Below, one piece after another: positions 40,644 to 52,801 of a DNA stretch of 64,000 bases (position 1 is the stretch's first letter; every line of letters begins with the position of its first letter). A program made the position numbers and the translations under genes. Location of the stretch: contig CAUYUJ010000230.1 in assembly GCA_963575745.1 (NCBI GenBank), positions 1 through 64,000 of the forward strand, in the 5' to 3' direction. Under the pieces are notes generated by a model. It was not told the origin of the DNA. It ran no database searches and was given only the letters and a program-made list of their open reading frames with translations. The stretch comes from Prorocentrum cordatum. Its lineage: Eukaryota.

Positions 40644-42120
40644 ATGGAAGATCAGCTCCAGCAGATGCTGCGCGTTCAGCAATTGCAAGCCATGCAACAA
40701 ATGCAACACAGCATGCAACAGGCACAAGCTAAAGCTGCAGTCGCGACGCCAGATGCCGCGGACAACAAGAAAGACAAGATGTCGATATCATCTGTTCCAA
40801 TCATGAAGCTGCCCCGTGTCCGCCTGGCAGAAGCAGTGGAACGCGTCACCTCGCTTGATGGTGCTACCACGTCAGACGTGAACCAATAATGCCTCGCTGT
40901 CATCTTGTGGTGTTTCACCCGGGTGAAACCCAACGTGCAATGTACCGAGCTGCGTGCAACTACATACGACGACTTCTACGGTTGCCGGAAGAAAGCAGCT
41001 GAGCGAGTGAAGGCGCACGATGAGACCGCGTACCAGCGCACCCTGCACGCGTTCCAAAACGCCTCCACCATCGCCAACATTCTCGTGATGGAGGAAACCA
41101 TCAAGCTCGGGTTCGACCCCGCGTACATGGAAAAACAGAAAAAGAGAGGTAAACGCGAATTGGATGAGACCAAGCAAACATTGGCCGAACTGTTCAAGAA
41201 AAAGAAGAGTGACGACAAGCAGGTTCAACGGCAACGTCAGCAACAGCAAACGCCCTTGTCCTGCGCCAGCAGCGCCAGCAGCGGTGGCAGCGGTGGCGAG
41301 CCGTCGGTCGGCTCACAGGCTGCCACGCACGTTCTCCTGGAGAGCATGCAGTCGCAACAGAACTTGCTCGCAGAGTTGGTGTCGAAAGTTGGCATGGGCG
41401 GCGTCGGCAGCCAGAGGCGCCGTCCCCGGGCACACCAGGAGCCCCTGCTGCAACTGACCGACGGTTCGGCGGGGCCCAGAGCGGCAGCGCAGTCAGGACA
41501 ACAGCCACAGCAGGTAACCGCGAGCCCAGCGCGCCAGCACCAGCAGCCACAGGAAGCACAACAAGCCCGCCAGCAGCCGCAAGAGCCACTGCAGACCTAC
41601 CAGCCTGGGCAGCAACAGCAGCCACCGCAGGTCCAGCACCACGCCGACGGAGAGCCCCCCCCAGCAGCAGCACGAGCCCTTGCAAGCCCGCGAGCAGCTC
41701 GACGGGGGGCAACCGCAGGCCCAGCAGACGCAGGAACCACAGCAGCCCCCTGAGCAGGAGCATCCCCAGCAGCAGCGCCAGTCGCAGTCTTCAGAGTACG
41801 ACGGGAACAAGTGCGCGTCCTGCCAGGACACGATTGATCCTCACGGGGTGGGCGACAGTGCAGTCGAAGCGTTGCACTGCGGCCACGTCTTCCACACGAG
41901 CTGCGTGAACGACTACTGCACTGCTCTGAACAAGACGCGGTGCAATTGCTGCCCCTTCAAATGCGACTCGTCTCCAGCGATGGCCGAGGCGGCGAGCGTC
42001 GCTGCGGCGACGGAACCAGATCCCCCGCAGGGTCAGCCGCAGCCTCGTCAGCAGCAGCAGCAGCGCCAGGAAAATCGCGACGCGGCCAGCGCCGTCGCCG
42101 ACGTGGAGCTCATCTCTTGA
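40644..42120 (+). pseudogene. Intronless Gln-rich protein with C-terminal RING-H2 finger (putative E3 ubiquitin ligase), disrupted
   Basis: CASCQDTIDPHGVGDSAVEALHCGHVFHTSCVNDYC...CCPFKC at ~41812-41964; in-frame TAA at 40887-40889 and a frameshift near 41690. Confidence 0.8.
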
Positions 42121-42612
42121 GAAGGGCCGTACACCGTGAGTGTGGCTATTGCCTCCTCAACACCTCCAGGGCGAACGGAGGACGCGAGCGTGACAATGTG
42201 AGTTGCAGTATCATCGTCGTCATCGGGCGCCGTCGCTGAGGGGGAGCTCCGACCACGGCAGGATGATGATGATGATGGTGATGATGATGCTGATGATGTC
42301 GATTGTGACAATGATGATGATGATGATGAGGAGGAGGCGGAGGAGGCGGTGCTAAGCCCTACGCCGTGCCTCCAAGCCTCTGGGGCTCCTCTCTGGGCAC
42401 TCGCGCGGTCCCCTGCTGGCCCTTCTTAAGGCCTGTCCTCCTGCTCCTTCACCCGTCTCGGGGCCACCTGAATTCATAAACATGTTGCCAGTTGCCCTCG
42501 GTGTGCCCAAGAACAGCGAGGTCAGACACCAGAGGATGCATTAATCGGATATCCGCCAATGCTTAGGGAAACACCGAACCATGTTTCCAACCTGACTTCC
42601 GCCAGTGCTTAG

Positions 42613-42679
<67 letters not shown>

Positions 42680-42750
42680 CCAGGGCACGTACGAGTCACC
42701 AGTAATAGTGTGTGCACATGTTCCAGGACACGTGCGAGTTACCAGTAACG

Positions 42751-42825
<75 letters not shown>

Positions 42826-42935
42826 CAAGGACACGTACGAGTTACCAGTTACAGTGTGTGTGTGTGTGTGCTTTCCAGGACACTTACGAGTCACCAGTAA
42901 CGGCGTGCGTGTTCCAGGACACGTACGAATTACCA
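42613..42935. repeat. (GT)n tracts alternating with a ~28-bp unit TTCCAGGACACGTACGAGTCACCAGTAA (5 copies)
   Basis: Direct inspection. Confidence 0.9.
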
Positions 42936-43697
42936 ATTGCGAGGGTTTTCCTGGGGGGCCCTTGTGATCTCTTCGGGGTGGTGACTGGATCTCGGGGAGG
43001 GCGGGGGTCCAATGAAGCGGGCCTCCAGAGGCTCCTTCGGGGGCTCTCGGAGCTGTGTCGGGCCCGTTTCGGGGTCCATTGGGGGCGTCTTGGGGCCATC
43101 CTGAGAGCGGGCGATTCGATCTGGGGGGGGGGGGGGGCGATCCAATCTGGCAGCCCCAGGGGGGTCTCTCTCGGGAACTCTTGGAGCCGTCCCGCCTGCC
43201 GTCAGACTGGACGCCGTAGCAGACTTCGCGTGGCAATCGTCTTCAATTCTTCAAGCTTCGCGTATCCCCACCAGCCCATCTAAAAGCAATCGCCAGGGGA
43301 GTTGCCTTCATCAGAACTGTGTAGCAGCATGCGGCCTCCCAAGGGGGGAGATCGGGCTGTTTAGGGCGGTCTTGGGGCTCTCTTGTTGCTATTTGGGGAG
43401 TTTTGGTGCCTTCTTGCGCCATTCTGGAGCCTTCCCAACGGGGCCCCCACGGGTGCTACAACGGACCCCCTCCTTGTAGCACCCGTCGGGTGCCCTTTAT
43501 GACCTCTTCTGCGGCCCCTGTTGGCTTGTGTTTGAGCCGTCTTGGGGGGTCTCTTGGGGCTCCCTTGGGAGCTGTGGGGCGCCCTGGGGCCCTCTTGCGC
43601 GATTCTGGAGCCTTCTCAACGAGGCCCCCACGGGTGCTACAACGCACCCCCCTTTTGTAGCACCCGTCGGGTGCCCTTTATGAGCTCTTCTGAGGCC

Positions 43698-44015
43698 CCT
43701 GTTGCTGGTCACCTGTTGCTGGTCACCTGTTGCTGGCCACCTGTTGCTGGTCACCTGTTGCTGGTCACCTGTTGCTGGTCACCTGTTGCTGGTCACCTGT
43801 TGCTGGTCACCTGTTGCTGGTCACCTGTTGCTGGTCACCTGTTGCTGGCCAGTTGCTGGTCACCTGTTGCTGGTCACCTGTTGCTGGTCACCTGTTGCTG
43901 GTCAGTTGCTGGTCACCTGTTGCTGGTCACCTGTTGCTGGTCACCTGTTGCTGGTCACCTGTTGCTGGTCACCTGTTGCTGGTCACCTGTTGCTGGTCAC
44001 CTGTTGCTGGTCACC
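43698..44015. repeat. Near-perfect 14-bp minisatellite (CCTGTTGCTGGTCA)n
   Basis: About 22 copies. Confidence 0.95.
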
Positions 44016-44627
44016 AGTGTTGGGGCTCGCGCCCTTCTCGCCCCTTCCCGCCCTTTCGCCCTCCTCCGCCGTCCGCTGCTGCTGCTCCCTCTTGTCCCAT
44101 CCTCCTCCTCCTCCTCCTCCCCCTCCTCCCCTCTCCTCCTCCCGCCCCTCTTTTTCCTTCCTGGTGGAGCCGCTATGTTTCAAGGGGCTGTCGTATCACA
44201 GTGGACTGCTCCACTTCAGGCGTGCATCGAAGACTTGCTTTGAGCGTAAAAAATCGCTGGCCGGTGTCGCGGTACAAATTTAAGTGCTTCGCTTTGGCCG
44301 CCCCGCGGTGCAAATTTAAGTGCTTCGCCTTGCCGTTTTGCTGGCTGTTTCAATGGAGGTGCAGTTGTTCGGTGCCCACATGCAAAGTGTAACCTCCTCC
44401 GCACCCTGAGGGGCGCTCGCATGCTCACTGGTTGCCTGTGCGCTTGTTTGCTGAAGCAGCAACAATAACGGTGTGTGTGGGTTCCAGGACACGTCCGCGC
44501 CTTCACCAGGTCCGCAGCGTTTGCGGCTCAGCCAGCAAGCGCCATGTGACAGTGCGTGTGGCTCTAGCCTCCGCCAGTGCCCCCGCCAGTGCGTGTGGTT
44601 CAAGCCTCCGCCGAGACGCTAGGCCAC

Positions 44628-46166
44628 ATGGCGGATGCGGTATCAGTTCCGAAGGAAATTCTACAAGCAATTACGAGGGCTAGGCCTGTGTGCTTCTTTT
44701 ATGCCGACCCGAAGCGGCACTGCAAGAAGGAAGGCCGATGCCCAAATCTTCGCGCCAATGTGGATGAGAATCATTTGCCACATGTCAGCGTCAAAATCAA
44801 ACATGGGAAAGCGTTGATGAGTTTACGGCCCCCGTTGAAGCAAGCGTGGGAATTGTACTTCAAGGGCGTGCCGCCTCCCGTGGGCCAGCAAGAAATGCCT
44901 TGACGGCGCCGTCGTCTACCGCGAGCTGCGTTGCATGGTCGGGCCAGATGTGATTGCTTGCGCCGCCGCGGACACATCGGGATTTGTTAAGATTTCCCGC
45001 AGCGATGGTTCGTCTGACAGGCAAGTTGGTCGAGCGACGTCGGCTGATCTCCCGGTCTTCAATCTTTTTGGCCCACTACATCTGTGGAGAACGCGCTGGG
45101 GATCCTGAAATCCAGGCACTGCTTTCCAGGACCAGGGGTGTGCGGGCATGGTGTTCACGGCTTTCTACTGCAGTCGGTGGACACAGCAGATTTGGAGGAT
45201 GTGTACAAGAGAGGTGGCAAGAGCGGATACAGACGCGGGGCGGTGATCATCATGCAATGTTTCGGCTTGCTTGTGAAAGCTCATCAAAACGAAACGGCGC
45301 CGCCTGGCGCCGTCTCGTGTTCTCCAGACAAGAAGTTCGTGCAATACGCTGCCGCCCCAGAGTCGGTGAAGTACGTGCTAGCGATGTTCGACGAGCAAGC
45401 TTTGGTCCACGCCTTGGACGTGCATTTGAGGACGAGCGGCTACTCCGCCTCCATGCACGACGCCCTTCTCCAGGCGAAAGCATCTTTGGCGGTGGTGTCG
45501 GAGTCTTCGCCGTCGGGATTTGTCGCGCTCTCGAACCGCCTTGTGAACGCAGCGGCGCTGGGAAACAGCGATGCGGTGGACGCAGTCTGGGCAGATCCGA
45601 CGAGGTTTAAGGGATCTGGCGGATGGATCAATACGAAGTAGAGCAAAAGCGACTGGCACCGCCAACACGCAGAACATCACATAATTCTGAGCGAGGTCTC
45701 TGCCTCTTCGTACGAGCAGGGTAGGAGGGACGTCATGGCACAAATGGCGATGCAGCAGTGGTGGTACCATCAGCCTTTTCAGTGCCACGCGAACCAGCAA
45801 TGGGCAGCATCAGCTACAGCAGGTGCGCCAGCGACGTCGGCACCAACACCTGCCCAACAAGCACCTGTAGCTACAACTGGCACGCCAGCACCTGCGGCAC
45901 CAACGCCAATCGACGAATCAGACTCCGACAGCAGTTCCAGCAATAGCACCGGCAACGCCACAGTCCCGCAACCGCCGACGCCTCCTATGGTGCCGGGTCG
46001 CGAGCGGCTTCCGCCGCCACCGCCGCCGCCTGCGGCGGCAGCGGCGGCGGCTCGCGAGCCGCTTTCGCCTCCTTTGGCCGCGACGCGGAGCAAGTCGCGA
46101 CCGCCCCTGAAGCCACTCCTTCTCATTCCACGCCATCATTCGCCGCGCGACGACCGCAGCCCTTGA
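44628..46166 (+). pseudogene. Intronless CCCH-type Zn finger plus ADP-ribosyltransferase-like protein with Pro-rich tail, disrupted
   Basis: CFFYADPKRHCKKEGRCPNLR (C-x9-C-x5-C-x3-R; CGC is one change from CAC His). Across a 1-nt frameshift at ~45080 it reads IFLAHY-x-SVENALGILKSRHCFPGPGVCGHGVHGF. Stops at 44901 and 45639. Confidence 0.6.
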
Positions 46167-46334
46167 ATGCCGTAGGTTTGTACATAATTCATATCGGCGT
46201 GGCACTTTGCCTTCCGAATTCAGGCGCCGCTTCCAATCGACGACGCATTTGTCGCACTTGTCGCCCTGAGAAGTGAGTGCCCTTGCGATTTGTCAATCGT
46301 GTCGGAGGCCTTTCGGGCGGCCGAAAAAATATTT

Positions 46335-46410
46335 TTTTCATGATTTTCTATGATTTTCCATGATTTTCTATGATTTCCATGACTTTCTATGATTTTCTAT
46401 GATTTTGCAC
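46335..46410. repeat. 10-bp tandem repeat (ATGATTTTCT)n
   Basis: About 7 copies. Confidence 0.85.
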
Positions 46411-46614
46411 TATCGCAATTGAAATTAATGTTTTTTTTTTTGTTGTTGTTCTAAGTTTCTTTTCGCCTCTGGTGCTGGTTTCTTTTCGCTTCTGTTGCCG
46501 TTTCTGGTTCTTTTCTTTCCCTTGCCACAGAAGGAAGAAAACCGTCTGGACAGCGACGGTCTGGACGTCCAGGCCGTCACGCCTCACGGGCCGAACATCG
46601 GAGGGGAGCAGGGA

Positions 46615-47465
46615 TAAGGAGGCGGAGGAGGAGGAGGAGGAGGAGGAGGAGGAGGAGGAGGAGGAGGAGGAGGAGGAGGAGGGAGGAGGAGGAGGAGGAG
46701 GAGGAGGAGAGGAGGAGGAGGAGGAGGAGGAGGAGGAGGAGGAGGAGGAGGGAGGAGGAGGAGGAGGAGGAGGAGGAGGAGGAGGAGGAGGAGGAGGAGG
46801 AGGAGGAGGAGGAGGAGGAGGAGGAGGGAGGAGGAGGAGGAGGAGGGGGAGGAGGAGGAGGAGGAGGAGGAGGAGGACGAGAGGAGGAGAGAGGAGGAGG
46901 AGGAGGAGGAGGAGGAGGAGGCGGAGAGGCGGAGGAGGCGGAGGAGGAGGAGGAGGAGAGGAGGAGGAGGAGGAGAGGAGGAGGAGGAGGAGGAGGAGGG
47001 GAGGGAGGAGGGGGAGGAGGAGGAGGGGAGGAGGGGAGGAGGGGGGGAGAGGAGGGGAGGAGGAGGAGGGAGGGAGGAGGAGAGGAGAGGAGGAGGAGGA
47101 GGAGGAGGAGGAGGAGGAGAGGAGGAGGAGGAGGAGGGGAGGAGGAGGAGGAGGAGGAGAGGAGGAGGCGGAGGAGGAGCGGAGGAGGCGGAGGAGGCGA
47201 GGAGGAGGAGGAGGGAGGAGGAGGAGGAGGCGGAGGAGGAGGCGGAGGAGGAGGAGGAGGAGGAGGGAGGAGGAGGAGGAGGAGGAGGAGGAGGGGGGGG
47301 AGGAGGAGGAGGGGGAGGGGAGGGGAGGGGGAGGGGGAGGGGGAGGGGAGGAGGAGGGGGAGGAGGAGGAGGAGGAGAGAGAGGAGGAGGAGGAGGAGGA
47401 GGAGGAGGAGGAGGAGAGGAGGAGGAGGAGGGGGAGGAGGAGGAGGAGGAGGAGGAGGAGGGGGG
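46615..47465. repeat. (GGA)n microsatellite
   Basis: Direct inspection. Confidence 0.97.
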
Positions 47466-48565
47466 CCTATTATTGGCCGAGTCGCGAACGCCTGCCAACA
47501 GGGAAGGCGGGGGGGGGCTATCCGCCCCGGAATTAGTGAGGCCACCTCCACTCAGGCCCTCCTCGGCCTCCGCCTCTTCCCCCTCCCTCCTCTGTTTCCT
47601 CCTTCTCCCTCCAGAGCGTGGTCTGTCAGAACGCGTGCGTTTTTCGTGCGCTGACCTGCAAGAGTGCTCTTTGTTTTGGGTAATTCCAGTGGTGCTCTTG
47701 TTGCTTTCTCCTTCTCCCTTCGGAGCGTGGTATGTCAGAACGCGTGCGTTTTCCTTGCACTGAGCTGCAAGAGTGGCCAACGCGTCGCTCCGTCGCAGTG
47801 TGCGAGCGCAGAGCAGCTTAGCGTGCAAGTATTGTGGCCTGATACCGGCCCAACTGAACTGAACTGAGCTGGGAGCCACAGGGGATGAAACGCCACTGAG
47901 GAAGAGGACGAGGGGGGGGGGAGGAGGAGGAGGAGGACGAGGAGGAGGAGGAGGAGGAGGAGGAAGAGGAGGAAGAGGAGGAAGAGGAGGAGGAAGACGA
48001 GTGACCCGCGCTGTTGGACACGATAGCTTGCACCACATGCTTCTGGTAGCTTGCACCACATGCTTCTGACCAGCACCACGGCCTCCTCCTCCTCCTCCAC
48101 CTCCTCCTCCTCCTCCTCCTCCTCTGAGGGCCCTTGTAAGGCACCCTTCGAGGCTCCAAGGGGGCCCCGAGAGGGCTCCAAGAAGGCTCTGGGAAAGGCC
48201 CAGTTGTGGCAGCAGGAGGATTGGGCAATGTTTTCCCTTGAGCCAAACGGCGTCGATCGACGCGCGCCGGGCGGTCCTAACCACGCCCAGCGAAGGCCGC
48301 AAGAGGGTTCCAGGAGGCCCCCAGTGGCGTATATAACCTGACGCGTTCGTTATATACCCCCTTTGGGGGGTCCTTGGGCCCCTCTCGGGCCCGTGTTGGA
48401 GCCTCTCAGGGGTTCTTTGGGGGCCCTCTTGGGCCCCCGAGGCCCTCAGGGAACCCTCCTCCTCCTCCTCCTCGCTCCACTTCCAGTGGCATTTGGGCCA
48501 AGCCGTGAAACATACAAGCGGTGTGGAATTTTTCCTCCCGCAGGGATCATTGCAAAAACGACGTA

Positions 48566-51500
48566 ATGTTGATGAAAAGCGACGTCACCCGAATAAGTAT
48601 TGACCACGACGACGCTCCCAGTCCGCAAGCATGGCTGCACAATAATGGACTCGTTTGGTGGGACTTGGATTACATCCACCATCATTTTCGAAGAGGGGGG
48701 GGCAATGCAAATGAAACGGAGGCATTGGTTGTTGTGGCTACGATCAAACAGTCGTGAGCCCATCGGCGATGACGTTCTCAACGCTAACGTTTGCACCACG
48801 CTGGGGCTGTACACATTTTTTTTCATATCGGTTGACGTGTGTTGCGATGTGGCATCAACGTTATCACTCGGCTACATTAAACAAGCAATTTCACGCATTT
48901 GCAGGTCGACTCCACCGTTGCAGACATTCGAAATCAGGCTGCCTGGGGATAGCTTGGTCCAAATGCGGCCCGACTGTCACTGCGTTGGGTTCCCTCAATT
49001 CTTAAGGCGGGGGGCATGCTTCGACTTGTAAAATGTTGGAACACGAATGGTCGACTATGTTGGATTCAGGTTCTGTCGTTTCGAGTTCCAACGCAGATAC
49101 GCAAAGCGTTGCAGATGTGATCGTTTTCGTGTCAACAGCTATGCGACGGCGGAGGCGCGCCCGGCACAATCGCAGCGTGCATGCGCACACCGCGCCCCAG
49201 GTAGCCATCAAATGCTTGTTAAACGAGTTGCCGAAACATGTCGACGATTTCGTTAAAGCTTTTGCAACAAACGAAACTGCCCGAGCAGCTCGGCCACCCA
49301 CTGCGCTCCGACTGCGCCGGGGCCCGGATGCACGGCGCCAGTGCACCTCCGTATCTGCCGAGGCCGCTTGGGACATTTTGCAGATGGCTCGCGCTGCGAA
49401 GACAGACATCCACAAGGCGATCGGCCTTCGGAGCGACGGCGCCGAGTTGGGCGGATGTTCGGCAGGCTTGGGCCACAGATGGTCGAGAATGGCACTCGAT
49501 ATGTATCACGAAACAACAAAATTGATTTTTGGTACGGCAGGAGCAGGAGGCGTCCACCACTGGAACATAGTCTCCGATCCAGGCACGCACTCGTGCAAAG
49601 AATGCCTCGTTTCTCTTATGTATTCCTGGGAAATGAACGCGGGCTGTTATCCGAAGTGGGCTCACTTGGTGCCAGGAAAAGCTCTTGCCCCAGGCGAGGC
49701 GGACTTACTTGACTCTGTGGAAGAGAAGCGCGCGCAAAACAAATTGGAGAGGGTAGCGTCTTTCAGACAATTACAAGGTTTATCTCATCAAATATCTTTA
49801 CTTTCAGGAGGGCGCCTGACGTTGGATTCATTTGATCCGCCTGTCGGTTCAAACTTGCGAGCGGTATCCAACAACGAGGTCAGGGAAGTCATGCCAAATG
49901 CTGGCATGGACCTGCACGTCATTACCAACGTCGCTACAGGCCAGCAGCACGAAGTCTTACCTTTGGACGTGACGGACGTGATGCTGTGTATATTGCAACT
50001 GGACCAAGGGAGCGTCGGGTGCGCTGGCGTTCCGTTTGCTTCAATCCACCTCGGCAACATGATAGAAACGCGTTTCGATAAAGTGCACAGGCTGATATCG
50101 TGATCTGAAAGGTGCCGAGCAGGAGTGCATGGGCGGTATATTCAATAAATGCAAGTTTTGGTCCAGCTATCTGCTGGGTGTAAACAACAGGCCGTTCAAG
50201 TCAGGTGCTCACTGGACGCTAAAATCACGAATGCTCGAGCTGTTTGCCGTTGGGAACCCCATGGACAAACCAGTTTTCAAAAACATACATGTGCAAAATT
50301 GCGCAAGATTGGGGCATGCCGTGCGATTCAGACCAGGACAAGCGCAATATAATGGAATTGATGTTTGAGCTTCCTCCCTTTGTTAAGAAGGGGGCGCAAC
50401 CGAAGCAAGCGAACTGGTTTGCATGGAATAAGCAAATGAACGAGCATCAACTTCGTGATTTCTACCCGACAATGGTGATATTTGAAGACCAATTGGAAGG
50501 CGTAGCAGATCCAGACGATGTCAATTATTTCAACGCCGGCACGTCCAATGACCCACGTGCCCAACTACGACATATTATACAACATGGCGGTGGCGTCCGC
50601 TTGGCTGACAAACTGATAGTTCTTCTCTGCACGAGAACGATAAAATACTTTACGTGTGCGAGAACGGCTGCTGGGATTTTTACACTGATCAGATGGCCCG
50701 CGTCAAAACACCGCGCGATGCCCTCGATCATGTTTTCCAAATGAGTCGCGGCGGGTGGACTGCGTCACCGCGCCTGTTGGCAACCTTTGATCTCGCGCTC
50801 CGCAATCCGATGTGTTTGAGAATAATGGGCATCCCTATGGGGCAGAGCGAGCAAGCGACGAAAGCGCTCGTGCTTTCGTTGCACATTGTTTCGAAAAGGG
50901 CGTGGTCGTTGTTCAAGCATTGTTGCCCGCCAGACTCGTGCGCGGGCATTGTGGCGGACCCGGCTGTCGAGGCGGCGGTCGCAGGTGAGCTGCGGAGCGA
51001 TCACATGGCACTCCTGTCGCTGGAGCGGACGGCGCTTGTATGCGACGTGGCTGAGAGGCTTCGGAACGACATCTATTTCCTTCAAATTCCTGCTGTAAGG
51101 GTGGTTTTCGAATTTTTTGCGCGGGGCATGTACTCGCATCTGTCTGTCTGGGGCCGCAAAGTATTATTGGGCCACTTGAAAACGCTACCTGACAACAAAA
51201 GTGTTGAGGACGTGCACCAGCCGCTGCGATTGTCCATTTGCCTCTGGCACTTCGGCCGCCGCCCCGCGGGCCCTGGGAACCTCGGGGAGGGGGGTCGCCA
51301 CCCCCCGTTGAGTGCGCAGGTGGGCGCTGCCAGCGGGGCGCGTGGGTGGGCGGGGGATCCATTGCGAGAGATGCAGAAACTCTACCAGACATCCCGCGGG
51401 CCGCGCAGGCACGGCGGCGGATCTGTCAAAGGGAACATGAACCAAAACATGCGGTGCGCAGCCATCCAGACAGCGATTGAACAGTCAGGCGTGTTGGGGA

Positions 51501-52801
51501 AACGCGGCGTCGCGACGCCTTCTTCCATTGACAGAGCGCATTGGTGTGCCAAATTCAAAAAGTTTTCCAAGCGTTCGAGAGCGAGCGGACAGTATCACCG
51601 TTCGGAATGCCACAAACTGCCAAAGCGTTGGAGCCGCATTGTGCACCCGAACAAAGTCTGGGGCACACTATCGGAATCTGTCTTGCAGAAGTCGGCAGCG
51701 GCATGGCACTGGCTACTCGCATTCAGACAAGGAAAACGAGATGGCAGCATCCTGCCAGATGTCAACATATGCAGTGCGTGTTTTTCGAAATCGATGTTGA
51801 AGTGTATTTTGGTGGTCAGGTCCAGCGACAACGAAATATTTGCGTCGTTAGGGAATTCAGTGTGGGGCTCCTTGGCGTGGCCAGTGGCCACAATCAACGC
51901 GGAGTTGTTTGCGCTAAGTAACGGTCCGGTTACGTGGTTGCATGTTACTGATCCGAGAGACTGGTCTGTAATGTCTTGGACTGCCTGCCGACGCCCCTTG
52001 CATGGCGTTGTCTTTCAACGGAACGGACGCAACATATCACTTATCAAATACACACTATCACAAAAGAAGCACGGGTTGCACGTGGACGACTTCGCGAAGT
52101 GCGTGACTTTCTTGGGCCTGCGCCCCGACGGCGACAGCCCCAGGGCGTTGTTGACGTCGCTTGCTGGTTATGCTTCGCCAGGCGACAACGAGTTCGCTAA
52201 ACGAGTGACTGATTGCTTCGAGACTGGCGATGATGATGGCATCGAGTTGGACCCCAGCATTTTCATGATGGAGCAGGTGTTCGAAGATATGGACCCAGAC
52301 GATAAACATGAGTTCCCTGACGTCAAGGCGGCCCTCGCCAGGAAGAAGCTCAAGCGGGCTGGCGTAGCAGCTAAACGAAAGTTTGGCGTCAGGAAAAAAA
52401 GGAGGGTCGGCGGTGGGCCGCCCGAACCACCGCCGCCAGAACCTCCGCCGCCGCCTCCCGCTGCTGGGGCAATTCCTGGGCCAGTCGATCCGCATGCAGT
52501 GCCCGGGGCGCCAGCAGCAGGGCCAGGGGGGGGTCGCGGTCCAAACGTCTTGCCATGCCCGCTTTCGTGGGTGGATGTGAAACGCTTGGGCTGCAACGCG
52601 CTAGTGGGTCATATCAAATACTTACCATCGCCAGGAGGGAGAGACGGAACATCTTGGAACGTGCGCGTGTGGGATGCGACCTCAAATTGCTGGGGGCGAA
52701 AAGCGCCGTATTTGCGGACAGTCAGATGTACCGTGATTGGTGAATCCGACGTCGGCCCAATCGATTGGGTTCGACACCATGGAGGACGATGTGCGTGTTA
52801 G
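48566..52801 (+). pseudogene. Large intronless frameshifted ORF (~1400 codons), candidate DDE transposase of the 13.3-kb element
   Basis: Consecutive ORFs 48521, 48600, 49033, 50129, 50244 and 50654 give one globular-looking protein. Candidate motifs: WNIVSDPGTH, ILQLDQGS, FDKVHRLI/RDLK, NWFAW, DNKSVEDVHQPLR. Basic NLS-like tract and Trp/Cys-rich C-terminus. Confidence 0.6.

Noticed and set aside
46472..48302. Poly-Glu/Gly/Arg/Pro ORFs
   Set aside because: (GGA)n artefacts.
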